A stretch of 64,000 nucleotides of DNA from Hypanus sabinus. Lineage: Eukaryota. This document shows positions 1 through 11,458 of the stretch, in pieces (within the stretch, counting starts at the first letter, position 1; each line of letters starts with the position of its first letter). The translations under genes and the position numbers were made by a program. The notes beneath the pieces are model-generated. The model saw only the letters and a list, made by a program, of their open reading frames with translations, ran no database searches and was not told the origin of the DNA. The DNA is taken from the NCBI RefSeq assembly GCF_030144855.1, contig NC_082709.1:48794001-48858000 (forward strand), given 5' to 3'.

Positions 1-229
1 GCGTTTGCTCAGCAGGTGCCCAAAGGATATCAAATGCACAATCTCTCACTGCTATTATGCAGTCAGCACATTTAGTGTGCTCGTGTTCTTGAGGAGACAT
101 CGGATTACATAGCAAGAGAGAGTTTAAAAGAAATGAGGGAGGTCACTCGGCACTTTTTCCGCACCACAGTTCCCAAGGAGACAGTGGATTGTGCATAATT
201 AGGCACTTGGCAAGGGCCAATAAAAAGAA

Positions 230-1040
230 GTTATGTGGAGAGGCCATTGTGGGAGCAGCCATTGTGAGAGTGGGCAGCTTAGGCTTTGAGAGGGGATGCA
301 TAGGCCATAGGTGGATTTTTTTCATTATTTATTCCTTCTTTCTTATTGCACATTTTTGAGCAAGGGGGATGCCAGGTGGGATAGTGGAATGCTCCTTTCA
401 CAGGATGTGGGAAGGTCCCTGACAACTATATCAGTAACAGATGCACCTAGCTGCAGCTTCTAAAAGACTGCGTTAAGTAGTTGGGACCAGAATAAATGAA
501 CTCTGAATCATTTGGGAGGCCGAGGGGTTGGTAAACAGGACATACACGGAGATAGTTACACCCAAGATGCAGGACACAGGTACCTGGGTGACTAGGAAGA
601 GGAGGAAAGGGGTTATACAGCCAGTGTAATGTAACCCTGTGGCCGTTTCCCTCAACGACAAGTTTGGATACTCTTGATGACTTAGCAGAGCAGAACATCA
701 GCAGTCGGGTCTCTGGCACTGAGTCTGGCTCTGTTGCTCAAAAGGGAAGGGGGCAGAACAGGTGAGCTGTAGTGATAGGGGATTCATCGGTTAGGGGAAC
801 AGAAAGGAGGCTGGGTTTATTGTCTCCTGGGTGCTGGGGTTAGGGTCTTCTCATATCGAGTCCACAGAATTCTTAAGTGGGAGGGTGAGCAGTCAGAGGT
901 GGTGGTCCACATTGGTATCAATGACATGGGTAGGAAGGGTAATGAGGTCCAGCAAAGTGAGTTCAGGGAGGAAGTTGATAAGTTAAAGGACAGGACCTCT
1001 ATGGTTGTGATCTCAGGAGTGCTATCTGTGTCATGTCTTG
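230..1040 (+). mobile_element. Degenerate CR1 LINE 5' region / ORF1 (SGNH esterase) fragment
   Basis: Broken frames give VVIGDSSVRGTER (~769) and VVVHIGIND (~899), the GDS and GxND blocks of the CR1 ORF1 esterase. Boundaries approximate. Confidence 0.7.
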
Positions 1041-1044
1041 GTAA

Positions 1045-1500
1045 ATCATCCCCCCAACAGTATTCAAAATAGTATACTTACTATTGAGGGGAAATGCCAG
1101 AGGGGTGCTCTGCACTGGCTGCCCATTTCCTTTCCCTCTCCTGAAAGCCGCTCAGGTAACTGCATCCCGCGTCTTAGGGGTGACTACCTTACTGTAGCTC
1201 CTATCTACCATCTCCATAGTTTCCCGAAGGAGCCAAAGGTCACTGAGCTGTAGCTCCAGTTCCTCAAGACTTTCTCTGAGGAGCTGCAGTTCGGTGCAGC
1301 TGGTGCAGTGTTGGTTATTCGTAAAGCTAGACTTCCCACATCTCTCACAAAGCAGACAATGAAGGCCCTGGAGCCAACTTCACTGCTCTGACAATGTACT
1401 GAAAGACAAAGAATGAAGAAGAAGAAACTTTGCAGATACAAACCCTGCCCAAGCCTGTTGTCACCGAAGCTTGATAATCCACAGCCTCCCCACTCTAACA
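1045..1500 (-). mobile_element. Second degenerate CR1 ORF1 N-terminal fragment, inverted
   Basis: Reverse complement of ~1045-1340 resembles ~450-690 (GGTAGTCACCCCTAAG vs GATAGTTACACCCAAG; TTTCCCCTCAATAGTAAG vs TTTCCCTCAACGACAAG). Confidence 0.55.
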
Positions 1501-1934
1501 CTGGTCCACTCATGCAATAGCCTCTCTGCTTGTCCATGCCTTAATTTTACTTACCCTTGCTAATGAATTATAATTTGATTGACCTGCCGGGAAAACTCTG
1601 AGAAGGCCCACAAACATTCCTTTTTAAATCTCACTGTCTGACCTGTGAGTTGCCTCCTCTAAAATATGAGAAAATTAGTTGTTTGCCTCTAGAGTTACTG
1701 TGTCCATTGTGTGGCACAGGGCTCCTTTACTGAAATTCATTTCCAATCAATCTACTGAGGACAAATGTCAATATTTATGATCTCAGTGGTTCTGATAGTT
1801 TTCTGAAATTACTTCTCATATACAACCCAATTCATCCATGCTGAATGAGAGACATGTCTAAGCTAATCCTATGGGCCCTCGTTTAGCCCTTATCCCTCCA
1901 TTTGTTATCCTGTATCAGTCGAATAATTTATACA

Positions 1935-2150
1935 TGTGGTGAACTACATATACCTGTCTGGACACGCCCCCTGCTGACTGCTCCTGTGGCTCCTCCCACA
2001 GACCCCGGTATAAAGGCGATTGAGGCCTGAGCCCGGCCTCTCAGTCTCCAGGATATAGTATGGTGGTCACTCACTGCTTGTTCCTTCTTTCAATCAATAA
2101 AAGCCGATATCTCGCCTTACGTCTCAGAGTGAGTTACTGATGGTGCATCA
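1935..2150 (+). mobile_element. Solo LTR of the Mag-type Gypsy family
   Basis: TGTGGTGAAC...GGTGCATCA with internal TATAAA and AATAAA. Perfect 5-bp TSD ATACA (1930-1934 / 2151-2155). Homologous to the LTRs at 11545 and 15726. Confidence 0.93.
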
Positions 2151-2539
2151 ATACAACATGATGAATGTCACCTAAGTTGGTCCCAGAAGAGGTCCACAAC
2201 AAGAAGACACAGATAGAAATCTGACTGAGTCCAAATGTGAAGGGTGGAACTTGAGTTGAAGTCCATGTGGAAGGATTTCAAGCTGTAGTATTTTTCTAAG
2301 AAAATTTAACAAAAAAGGAGCTATTTAATACCTAGTGAATACAGATCCAAGAACATGTTGTCACTTTAGTACCTAGTGCTAACCAATCAGTGAGCTCAGA
2401 TGTAACATCATTAAACATAAAGCCAAAGCGTCAAAGGGTATAGGTGAAAACAACATAGAAATGGCATATTCAGCCAATGTCCATGACAACCAAGGTCCCT
2501 TTCTAAGCAAGTCTTACTTGTCCTTGATTAGTCATCGTG

Positions 2540-2890
2540 AGGGGAATGGATAAGGTGGAGCATCACAATATTTTTCCCAGAGTACAGGAGCCTGAAATCA
2601 AAGGACTTGCATAGATTTGGGATGACAGGAGAAAGATTTAAAGAGGGGACCTGAGGGGCAAATTTTTATAATGGCTATATAGAATGAGCTGCCAGAGGAA
2701 GCAGTAAAACTGGACTGGACAGCTGTCAATTAAAATGTTTAAAAATGATCTAGACAAGTACATGGATAGGAAATGATTGGAGGGATATGGGACAAATGCA
2801 GTCGAGTTGGAGTAGTGCCGGTGAAAAAGTTGGTTAACATAATTGAGTTGGACTGAAGGGACTGTTTCTGAGCTGCAGAATTCTATGACT
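2540..2890 (+). mobile_element. Old CR1 LINE 3' fragment
   Basis: Resembles the 3' end of the CR1 at ~25000-25350 (CTGCCAGAGGAAGCAGT, GGGATATGG) and ends in a TTCTATGACT tail. Confidence 0.55.
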
Positions 2891-4959
2891 GTATTACTCC
2901 TTAGACAGTACAGTACCTTCAAAAGGACAAGGGCAGCAAAAGCATGCCCTCTCACCATGTCCCACAAGGGCCTTTAAGTCTTTCCTGCCTCACCCTAAAT
3001 CTGTGCATGCCCTCTAATTTTAGACTCCTCTACCCTGGGAAAATATTGTGGCCCTCTACCTAATCCATATGCCCCTGATGACTTTAATAATCACTATAAT
3101 ATCACACATCAGCTTCCTGCACTCTGGGGAAAACAATCCTGTCACTTCTCATAGCTCAACATTCGAGACCCAGTATCATCCTTGTGAATTGGTTCTGCTC
3201 CCTTTCTACCTTAAGGACACTGACTGGGGTTACCCTCCAAGCCACACACCGTCTTGACTTGGAAATATATCCCCATTCCTTCACTGTCACTGGGTCAAAA
3301 GCTGGGAACTCTCTCTCTTAATAACACAGTGAGCACACCCACATCCCAAGAACTCCAGCAGTTCAAGAAGGGAGCTTTCTGCAAGATTTGTAACCTTTGA
3401 TCTGAAACAGCCTACATTCTCATTGGTTTCCCCACGTACTGGTCTTGAAAACCTTCTGACTTACTCTCCATAAATTCTGCTTCTCTGCTATAATAGCTAA
3501 CTCGATTTTCTCTGTCTTTGTAGATGAGAGTGGCCTATGGTTGCTGTATTTCCCGTGTGTTTCTGACAGACTGTGCCTTTCATTGTTATTATTATTTACT
3601 GGTCTGGAAATGACTCCCACCAATGTTTCTGCTCTTTCTTCGCTTCTCCCAAACTCATTCACTTTCTTCATTGAACAACAAATTGCTGAAGGAACTCAAA
3701 CGGTCAGGCAGCATCTGTAGAGACAAAGAAATGATGTTTTTCACAATTTGCAATTTGATTGCTGGTCATGAGAGTCTTCAGTTACTGTACTATATAAATA
3801 TATTCGCTTTCTGTCCACTGATTTCTGTAGGGCGAATCTTGGTTTAGTTGATGAACTGGCAAATTGGTTTGCGTAGTTCAGCATGTGAAGGCTGCGTGTT
3901 AGTTCTGTCTTCACATTAAATACTGACACAGTAATCAGGTCTCCAGTACACCCACCTATGTCCATTCAATACTGTCACAATTCCTGTCCAACACCTAGAC
4001 ATTCATAGAGGAAAGTGGATGATTTAGCACTAACTGGTTGGGTGTTGGGGCTTTCCTGTGGAGGTAGAAGAGTAGCCAGTTTTTTGGGTCGAGACACTGC
4101 ACCAGTAAAGCGAGTGTAAAGGACAGGTAGCAAATAATAGATGCGATGGGGACAGGTGAGGCAGGGGCTGGCAGGCAACAGGACAAACCAGGTGGTAAAA
4201 GGGATGATGGGTAGATGGAATCATGTATGGGGAAGGTCAGGGTGGAGGCTGTGAGACAGTGGCTGGTGGGTGAAACATATAAACAGATAAGGAGAGAAGG
4301 CAAGTAATGGAATGTGGATTCAGGAGGGAGAGACAGAGGATGAAATGTGATACGTGGAGATACAAAAGTCTGCAGCTGCTAGAACCTGAAGTGGAAGAAA
4401 GGAGAGAAGCAAGGGATGATGGTGAGATATTTTATGCGTTCCGATAACAGACCTTCAATTTTGCATTTTTTTCCATTTTTCCCTGCTCTGGTTGGAGGTC
4501 TACCCTTTTCACACTCTGATCTTACCCATATCACTATAACTATATTTCTTACTCTTTAACTTACTGACTTCCTTTAAAAACTCACCATCACCAAAATGCT
4601 CGAAGTCCTTGAGACTTTCACATCCCTTCAATAGATCTATCTTGCATCCCTTCTTCCCCTTTTTTGTATACTGGCTACATACCCTCTATCTTACAGTTCA
4701 AGGTCATTTGCATGACAGACAGCTGTCAATGTAAGCTTCCAAGCTGCATTTATCCCTCACAAATCGTAATCCAAATAAAATTGCTTGGAGTTGGAACTAT
4801 CCCTGCAACATGGTCGGAAATTGTTTGGAAGGAAACATTTTTAGGGAAAAGGGAGTCTCTCTGATTAGTAGATTAGGACAAAATTCTCATTAAAAATTGC
4901 AAATTAAAAACACTGATGCAAAAATGGAGGGTATGCATTTACTGTGCAACAGGCGGGAA

Positions 4960-5270
4960 GAGGCAGTGCAATGGTGCATCTAGTGGAACCACTGTCTCAC
5001 AACGTCAGCACCTAAAGTGATGATTATGTGGGTTTGCACATTCTCATTTTAAGCCCAGGGTTTTCTTTCTAGGTGTTCTAGTTTTCTTCTATATCTGAGC
5101 AGTGAGCTGTAAGTTGTCCCTTGTGTGTAGGTGACTTCAGTTTGGAGAAATGATGAGAATATGTGGAGATTGTAAAAATGGGATCAATGAAGGATTAGTA
5201 TAAGTGGGGAGTTAATGTTCAGCCCTGACTCAGTGGGCCAAAGGGCCTGTTTCCATGTTGTATCTCTGTA
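4960..5270 (+). mobile_element. Degenerate SINE (HE1/V-SINE-like) with CR1-type tail; paralogues at ~20995-21330, ~39808-40143, ~56032-56456
   Basis: Head GGCAGTGCAATGGTGCATCTAGTGG and tail GGGCCAAAGGGCCTGTTTCCATGTTGTATCTCT. Same position downstream of each crystallin gene. Family assignment is from pattern recognition only. Confidence 0.45.
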
Positions 5271-5548
5271 TAAGAGCAGGAATCCACAGAGGTGTGACAA
5301 TTTATCACTATCCTCTCAATAGGAGAAGATGACCTGATCAATAATGAATTACATATTCAGCATGCCTCTGGATAAAAATTATCTCCACAATGATAGCAGA
5401 AAAGATGATAAATAGCCCTGAGTTAAGGTCAATATGGGTCAAAGTCCCCACACAGGACTCAGGTACTAATGCTATTTTGTATAGTTAACATAATGTTCTA
5501 GCAACATGAAAATAAATGAATTACAATGACAAAGTCTTGCAAAGCTTA

Positions 5549-5554
5549 TTTATT
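5549..5554 (-). terminator. Poly(A) signal AATAAA of crystallin gene A
   Basis: TTTATT on + strand ~47 nt past the stop codon. Conserved in B (21611-21616), C and D. Confidence 0.7.
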
Positions 5555-5600
5555 TTCTTAAGTATCTTCTCAGAATAATATGCTGATTATTGAGAGTCAA

Positions 5601-8219
5601 CTAGAAGTCCCTCATTCGCCTGAAGGACCCAACGGTTGAGTTGTAGCCTCCCCAGTCACTGTATCTCCTGTATTCCCCAGGTCTCAGGAAGTACTGTCGG
5701 CCTCTGTAGTTGGGATGTTCATAGTAGATCCAGTAACCATCCATCACCTGACAGGAGTGGATGTCACGGTAACAGAAACGATCGTAGAGAGAGGGACAGT
5801 CATCCATGAATTCCATCATCTGCCCTCCAAAATCAGGCCTCTCGTAAATTCTCATCCTGTAGGTGCCTCCTTGGTACTGGAATAGAGGATTTTATTGCTT
5901 ATTTTATAGTAAAATCACGTCAAAAATGTATCTAATTAAAGTATATTTTAAATATAGATGCAGCAGTACCAAATCTCAGCAATGATGATAATTAATTATA
6001 TTTCCAGACTATCCCTAATGAAATAATAAGAAGAACATTTATCTCTACATTGAGGGCAGTTAGACAATCATGTTTAAGATTGATGTAGTTCATTGTTTCT
6101 ACAGTTAACAGGACTTAGTTCCACTGGAGATAACATGATGTGATTAACGTAAAACTTGTGTAAAAGCATCATGGTAAATGAACTTACAGTAAGTAGGTGC
6201 TGGTCTGTGTCTGTAAATCAGTTGACTTGCTAATGTAAAAATAATACAAACTGATCTGAGCATTTTAAAGTTCTTCATTCCTCACTCCCTGTCTGTCAGA
6301 ACCATAAAAACTCTACATAGTGTGTGATTGTTGGAAACAATTGCACCACCATCTCTCAGTTCAACCACCTGGAGTCTGACTTACTTTATTGGAACTCATT
6401 ACCTGACAAAAGTGAACCAGATGATCTTGAAAGAATTTTTAACTTATGGAAGAGGGCAGATTGTTTCAACATTGAGCTAACATGGATTCAATGGGCCAAA
6501 CAGCCTCACTCCACGCTTTAACCTCACTGTGGTTCTCTGAAATCATGCAATATCAGGCAGATTTTTGTAAAGCAGCCCACAGGAAACCTGGTTTGTTATA
6601 ATTGTTTTATTATTAATCAATTATCACATAATTCATGAAAAGAAGCTATTTGTCCCATTGAAGGTTTGATAGATGGAATTCTTTTCTGTCCAAACCCTAT
6701 TACCACGAAATGATAAGAGGAATAGACAAAGTGGACAGTCAGAGACTTCTTCCCAGGAAGGAAATGGCAAACAAGAGGGCATATAATTTTAAAGAATCTG
6801 GGGAGACATGCGGGGGGCGAGGATGTCACAGACAGGATCTTTAAACAGAGAGTTGTAAGCAGGTGCAACACTACCAGGGCTGGTGGTAGAGGCTGATGGA
6901 TTAGGGGCATTTAAGTGACTTTTCGATGGACACATGATTGAAAGAAAAATGAAGGGCTATGTGGGAGGGAAGAATTAGGTTAGCATTTGATAAGTTTAAA
7001 AGACTGGCACCAAATCATGGGCTGAAGGACCTGTACTGTGCAGTGCATGTTCACAATCTATGTTCCATGTTCCTTGCTCTTGGTGGGTTACAATACTGTA
7101 CATGAAGTGAATCATAGACTAACACAGCATGGAAAGAGACTCCTCACACCAACTGGTCCATGCTGACCAAGGTGTCCATCTCTCATTTTCCTATGTTTAA
7201 CACATATCCCTCCGATCCATTTTTCAAATTTTGTGACTTTTGTTTTACTGAGGTCTGAGTCATCAGCGTCCAGCTGCTACATAATGTTCGATAAAACTAG
7301 CACAAACTGACCAAATATTTTCTGTGGCCAAATACACTTTAATAAAGGAGACACAGAGCAGGCCAGTTTCTGGAAGCTGGATCAACACACAAGATGCTGG
7401 AGGATCTCAAGGGGTCAGGCAGTATCCACAGAGACAACATTTCAGTTTGAGGCTGTTTATCAGGACTGGCAAATGCTGCCTGACTGGCTGAGTTCCTCCA
7501 CCATCTCATGTGTAGACGTCAGTTCAGCATAAGAAGCCAGTGATACATACATCAGTGATGATAAACCTAATTCTGATTCCGATTCTTTATCCAGTCCCCT
7601 CACAATCACAGATACAGCTCCTTCTGTCAAATGCAATCAGACATGCATCCCTCACACCAGATTCACTCATTTCCTGTAACAGCTTCATCTCTGTTGACTC
7701 CTTTAACAAATATCTACTGTCTCCAAACTTGGCTCCAAATGTCAGCAGCTAACTCTAGCATTCACATCGGTATAACATTTCAGAGAAAGAGCATGCGCAC
7801 AAGTGTAATTATTGCAAACGTCAGCCATTTTCTAGTAGTATGTCAAGTGACTTGGAATATCTCAGTCACCAACAGCAACTTACCGAAGGGAAGCTGCGAC
7901 AGGACTTGACACAGTCTTTGAATCCCATCCAGCGCTGGTAGTCAGGATACTCTCCCCTGCTCAGGACATACTGGTATCCCATGTAGTTGGGTCTCTCGTA
8001 CAACACCCACCAGTCACTCTCAACACGGATGGAGTTACAGCGGCTGAAGTAAGGGGAGAGGTCGGCACAGTCGGAGCTGCACTCATAGTGCCGACCCTGG
8101 AAGTTCCTGTCCTCATAGAAGGTGATCTGTGGGAGGAAATAAATTGCTTAAATCAGACTGAGGATGAATGATGCTTATAATATAATTCACAAAATGAGAA
8201 GTGGTCTTGCCTTTCCCAT
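5601..8219 (-). CDS. Gamma-crystallin (shark gammaS-1-like), gene A; CDS exons 8211-8219, 7884-8126, 5601-5876; 175 aa
   Basis: Canonical gamma-crystallin layout (9 + 243 + 276 nt, phase-0 introns): [100 protein letters not shown]...GSFRRMRDF*. Four Greek-key motifs, no lesions. Intron 2 is GTAAGT...CCAG; intron 1 is GCAAG...ACAG. Confidence 0.95.
7385..7513. repeat. Short palindromic interspersed repeat in intron 2 of gene A (also ~59567-59684 in gene D)
   Basis: Arms ACACAAGATGCTGGAGGATCTCA / TGAGTTCCTCCACCATCTCATGTGT. Same architecture as the insert at 50463-50622. Confidence 0.55.
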
Positions 8220-8267
8220 TGTAGTGTACGGTCGATAACCAACTGACTACATGGAACTGTAACTGGG

Positions 8268-8450
8268 TATTTATATACTGGACAGAAAGACTTTTCCAGC
8301 AAGGCCTTTGTAATGTAAATGATGCAAACCTGAGGTCAGCAGAAAACAATATATGTCCCGTGAATGCTGAAAAAGCACCTGAGGATACGAGACTTGTCAG
8401 TGACCAAGTGATTGTTTTTCTTTTACAGCGGACAATTTAATTGTACAAAG
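8268..8450 (-). promoter_or_regulatory. Proximal promoter of gene A: TATA box, Maf-like and Sox-like sites
   Basis: TATATAAATA at 8268-8277, ~50 nt upstream of the ATG. TGCTGAC half-site at 8335-8341. AACAAT at 8345-8350. 13-bp MARE-like TGCTGAAAAAGCA at 8365-8377. ATTGTT at 8411-8416. Confidence 0.65.
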
Positions 8451-8754
8451 CAGTAAATCAGCCTTTTACATTCCATACTAAGGATCATTCTAGAGTTTCG
8501 AAAAGTTGTAGTCCCAAGATAAGTCCTGAGTTTTACCAAAATTTACACGTCAGGGACAATTTGCAATTTACCAATCTGCACAGTTTTGTGATGTGGGAGG
8601 AAATGAAGGCAGCCAGAGGAAACCGATGAGAGAGGAGAGAGGAGGTGCAAACGCCTGAGCTTTTGAATCGGGCTCTCTGCAGGGACCGGGAGATTGTGTC
8701 TGTCATAGAGATGTTTCAACAAAATTTCTTTTAGTATCCAGCTGCAGATTCTGG

Positions 8755-9030
8755 GGCAGCACAGTAGCATAGGTGTTAGTGTAATGCAATACAGCACCAG
8801 TGATTCAGGTTCAATACCCATGCTGTTTTAACAAACTTGTATATTCTCATTATCGTGGTTTCCTCCTGGTTCTCTGGGTTCCTCCCACATTCCAAAGACC
8901 TACAGGTGAGTACGTTGTGGGCATGCTATGCTGGCACTGGAAGCATGATAACGTTTGCAGACAGACCACAGCACATCCTCGGACTGTGTTGGTTGCTGTC
9001 GCAAATGATGCATTTCACTGTACACTTCGA
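8755..9030 (+). mobile_element. Degenerate SINE upstream of the crystallin genes (paralogues ~27345-27630, ~46157-46440, ~61055-61450)
   Basis: tRNA-like head with box-B-like GGTTCAATACC, followed by V-domain-like GGTTTCCTCCTGGTTCTCTGGGTTCCTCCCACATTCCAAAGAC. Confidence 0.5.
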
Positions 9031-9884
9031 TGATTCAATAACTTTTTAAAAATGTATTCTTTTCTCATGACTTAGTGTTATTGGCAAGGCCAGCATTTAA
9101 TACCCATCCCTGACTACCCTAGAGAAAATGGAGGTGAACAGTTTTCCAAATCCCTGCAATCTAGTGACGTTCTCCAACAAAGCTGTTGGCAGGGAGTTTC
9201 AGGATTTAAACCCAGTGGCGATGAAGGACAAGTGATAGGTTTCCAAATCAGTGAGCTAAGAGATGTAGAGGGGAAGCTACAGATGGAAATGTTCCCCTGT
9301 CCTTTGGGAAATATTATCAGAGCAGCCTGGGCAAGTACCTGCAGTGTGTTTTTGTCGATGATACACACTGTAACCACTATGTATCAAAGCTTTGAATGAA
9401 CATTTCAGACGATTGCTAATCTGCCAACCAAGAAAAATGCTTTGATAGAGTTAAACTTATTGAGAGATGTTGGAACTCCACTCATCCAGCCAAGCAGAGA
9501 ATATCATGATGTGCCTTGGGAATGTGACTCCTTCTGTGCCTCGTCATGCTCCTCGTTCTCCACAACATGCTGCAGAACTGCCTTCCTGGACATTTGATCG
9601 CTCAATTAATTTCATATGTCCTGTCTGCTGGAGCAGACTGTGCATGCTTGGACAGGTATGATTTTAATCTGATGGGGTATGAGGCCCACCGGCTGCCCTC
9701 ACCTGGTTTAGTCTGCCCGTCGAAGCGATGTACTGAGGTGTATAGAACATGCAGACATCTACCTGGTGCCACAGGTGAGTGCTGAGAGCTGAATGGAGAC
9801 CTAAGGTGAGAGAACTGCCTCAGAATGGACACAGCAAGCCTCTTCACCAGAGGCACTACCCTCTGACGACACAACATACACGCT

Positions 9885-10099
9885 TGTGGTGAACTACGTG
9901 TGCCTGTCTGGACACACCCCCTGCTGACTGCTCCTGTGGCTCCTCCCACAGGCCCCTGTATAAAGGCGATCGAGGCCTAATGCTCGGCCTCAGTCTCCAG
10001 GACGTAGTATGATGGTCACTCACTGCTGGTTCCTTCTTCCAGTCAATAAAAGCCGATATCTCGCCTTACGTCTCAGAGTGAGTTATTGATGGTGCATCA
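9885..10099 (+). mobile_element. Solo LTR of the Mag-type Gypsy family
   Basis: TG...CA LTR with TSD ACGCT/ACCCT. Empty site ACCCT at 47287-47291. Confidence 0.93.
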
Positions 10100-11458
10100 A
10101 CCCTAACAATAGAAATTAGTAAAATATAACATTTTTTCAGTCATAGCTCTGAGCACGTACTTCAATACACTGATTTGGGAAGCAGAGGAAAGCTTTGGAA
10201 ATGATCAACAATATTGTCATAAGGGGAGCAAAGAATTCCAGCCAAACAACAAAAGAGTACAAATTTTTGTAGACTCTTGGGCAGCATTTTATAGATTTGT
10301 TTATTCTTGGACATTGGTGAATCAAAATATGAATGTATTTCATATGCTGTGATGGAAGCTTTATTACTACACCACTGCCAGTCAACTTTGCCAACCCCTA
10401 CTCCTACTTCATCTCCATATCTCCGAAACCTTCGATCATGTTTTACCCCGAGAGTGCAAATGTCATTTCTTTTTCATGCAGATATATGATTCTCTTTTGA
10501 AACTAACCAGCAATCCATTACAAGCCTCAGTTTCAAACAGTGCATTCTCGATGATCACAACTCACAGCGTGGACAAAATCCTCATTCACTCCCGTGTGAT
10601 TTTTACTGTCGGCCAGGCGCTGCTTTGTTTCCAGCTCTTCACAGGGGATGTGCAACCACAGAGTGAACCATTGCATTTGAGGATCCAAGGTATTCGGTCA
10701 GGTCTCAGCTTACAGCTCTTTCCCATCAGCTGGTAACCTAGAGTGAGAACTTGGGCAGTGGATCTGTCATTTAGTTTATTCAGTTTGACTGTTTACGGTA
10801 TCTCTATATTTCTGCTGTGAGCTGGACACCAGAGTGTTGGAAATTTGTTTTTCAAACAAGCTAAAGGGGTTCAGGGGAATTGCAGTATAAATTCCGTTAC
10901 AGATTCAGAACAAGTTTAAAGTGCTGGAGAGTTTAGTACTTCAGCTCTCTGGACATTCCTCATTCACAATTTGCTGAGAAATTTGCACCTGTACCTGGGC
11001 CAGTTTATAATAGTGATCATTTCTGGGTGAAATGGCACTCATTGGGACAATGACCCTAGCAATTCTGTACACAATTCACCTTCATATGACAAATGTGTTC
11101 CAGACATCATTCACATACTTCTCAGAGCCATGTTTTTCCCCGTAAATCGGGTCTTTAGGGTGCAACATACAACCTCTGTTGAAAGTTCACAATAAAACTA
11201 GGAGCACCTGGTGCTGTAAAGCTGATGGGACCAATTGAAGGATTTCTGTGCTGACATTGAATCCTGGAATATGAATCTTTGACTATAAAACAATGATGTA
11301 GTGAGTTGGAGATTATCCGTCCACACCTGTGTAGGAGACAGCAGCAAATCTGTGCTGATCTTCACTTTCAAAGTTCAGTTCTGTGGAATTTATTAGAATT
11401 TTGCTTTGAAAATGGAGTACAGTGTGTCAACGCTGCCATTGCACATAACGGGTATGAT

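Noticed and set aside
2165-2390. TATA-like TATTAAATA, CCAAT and a short ATG frame ending at a GT on the minus strand (possible first exon)
   Set aside because: The peptide is unrecognisable, the donor is weak and no downstream exon is evident; compatible with chance.
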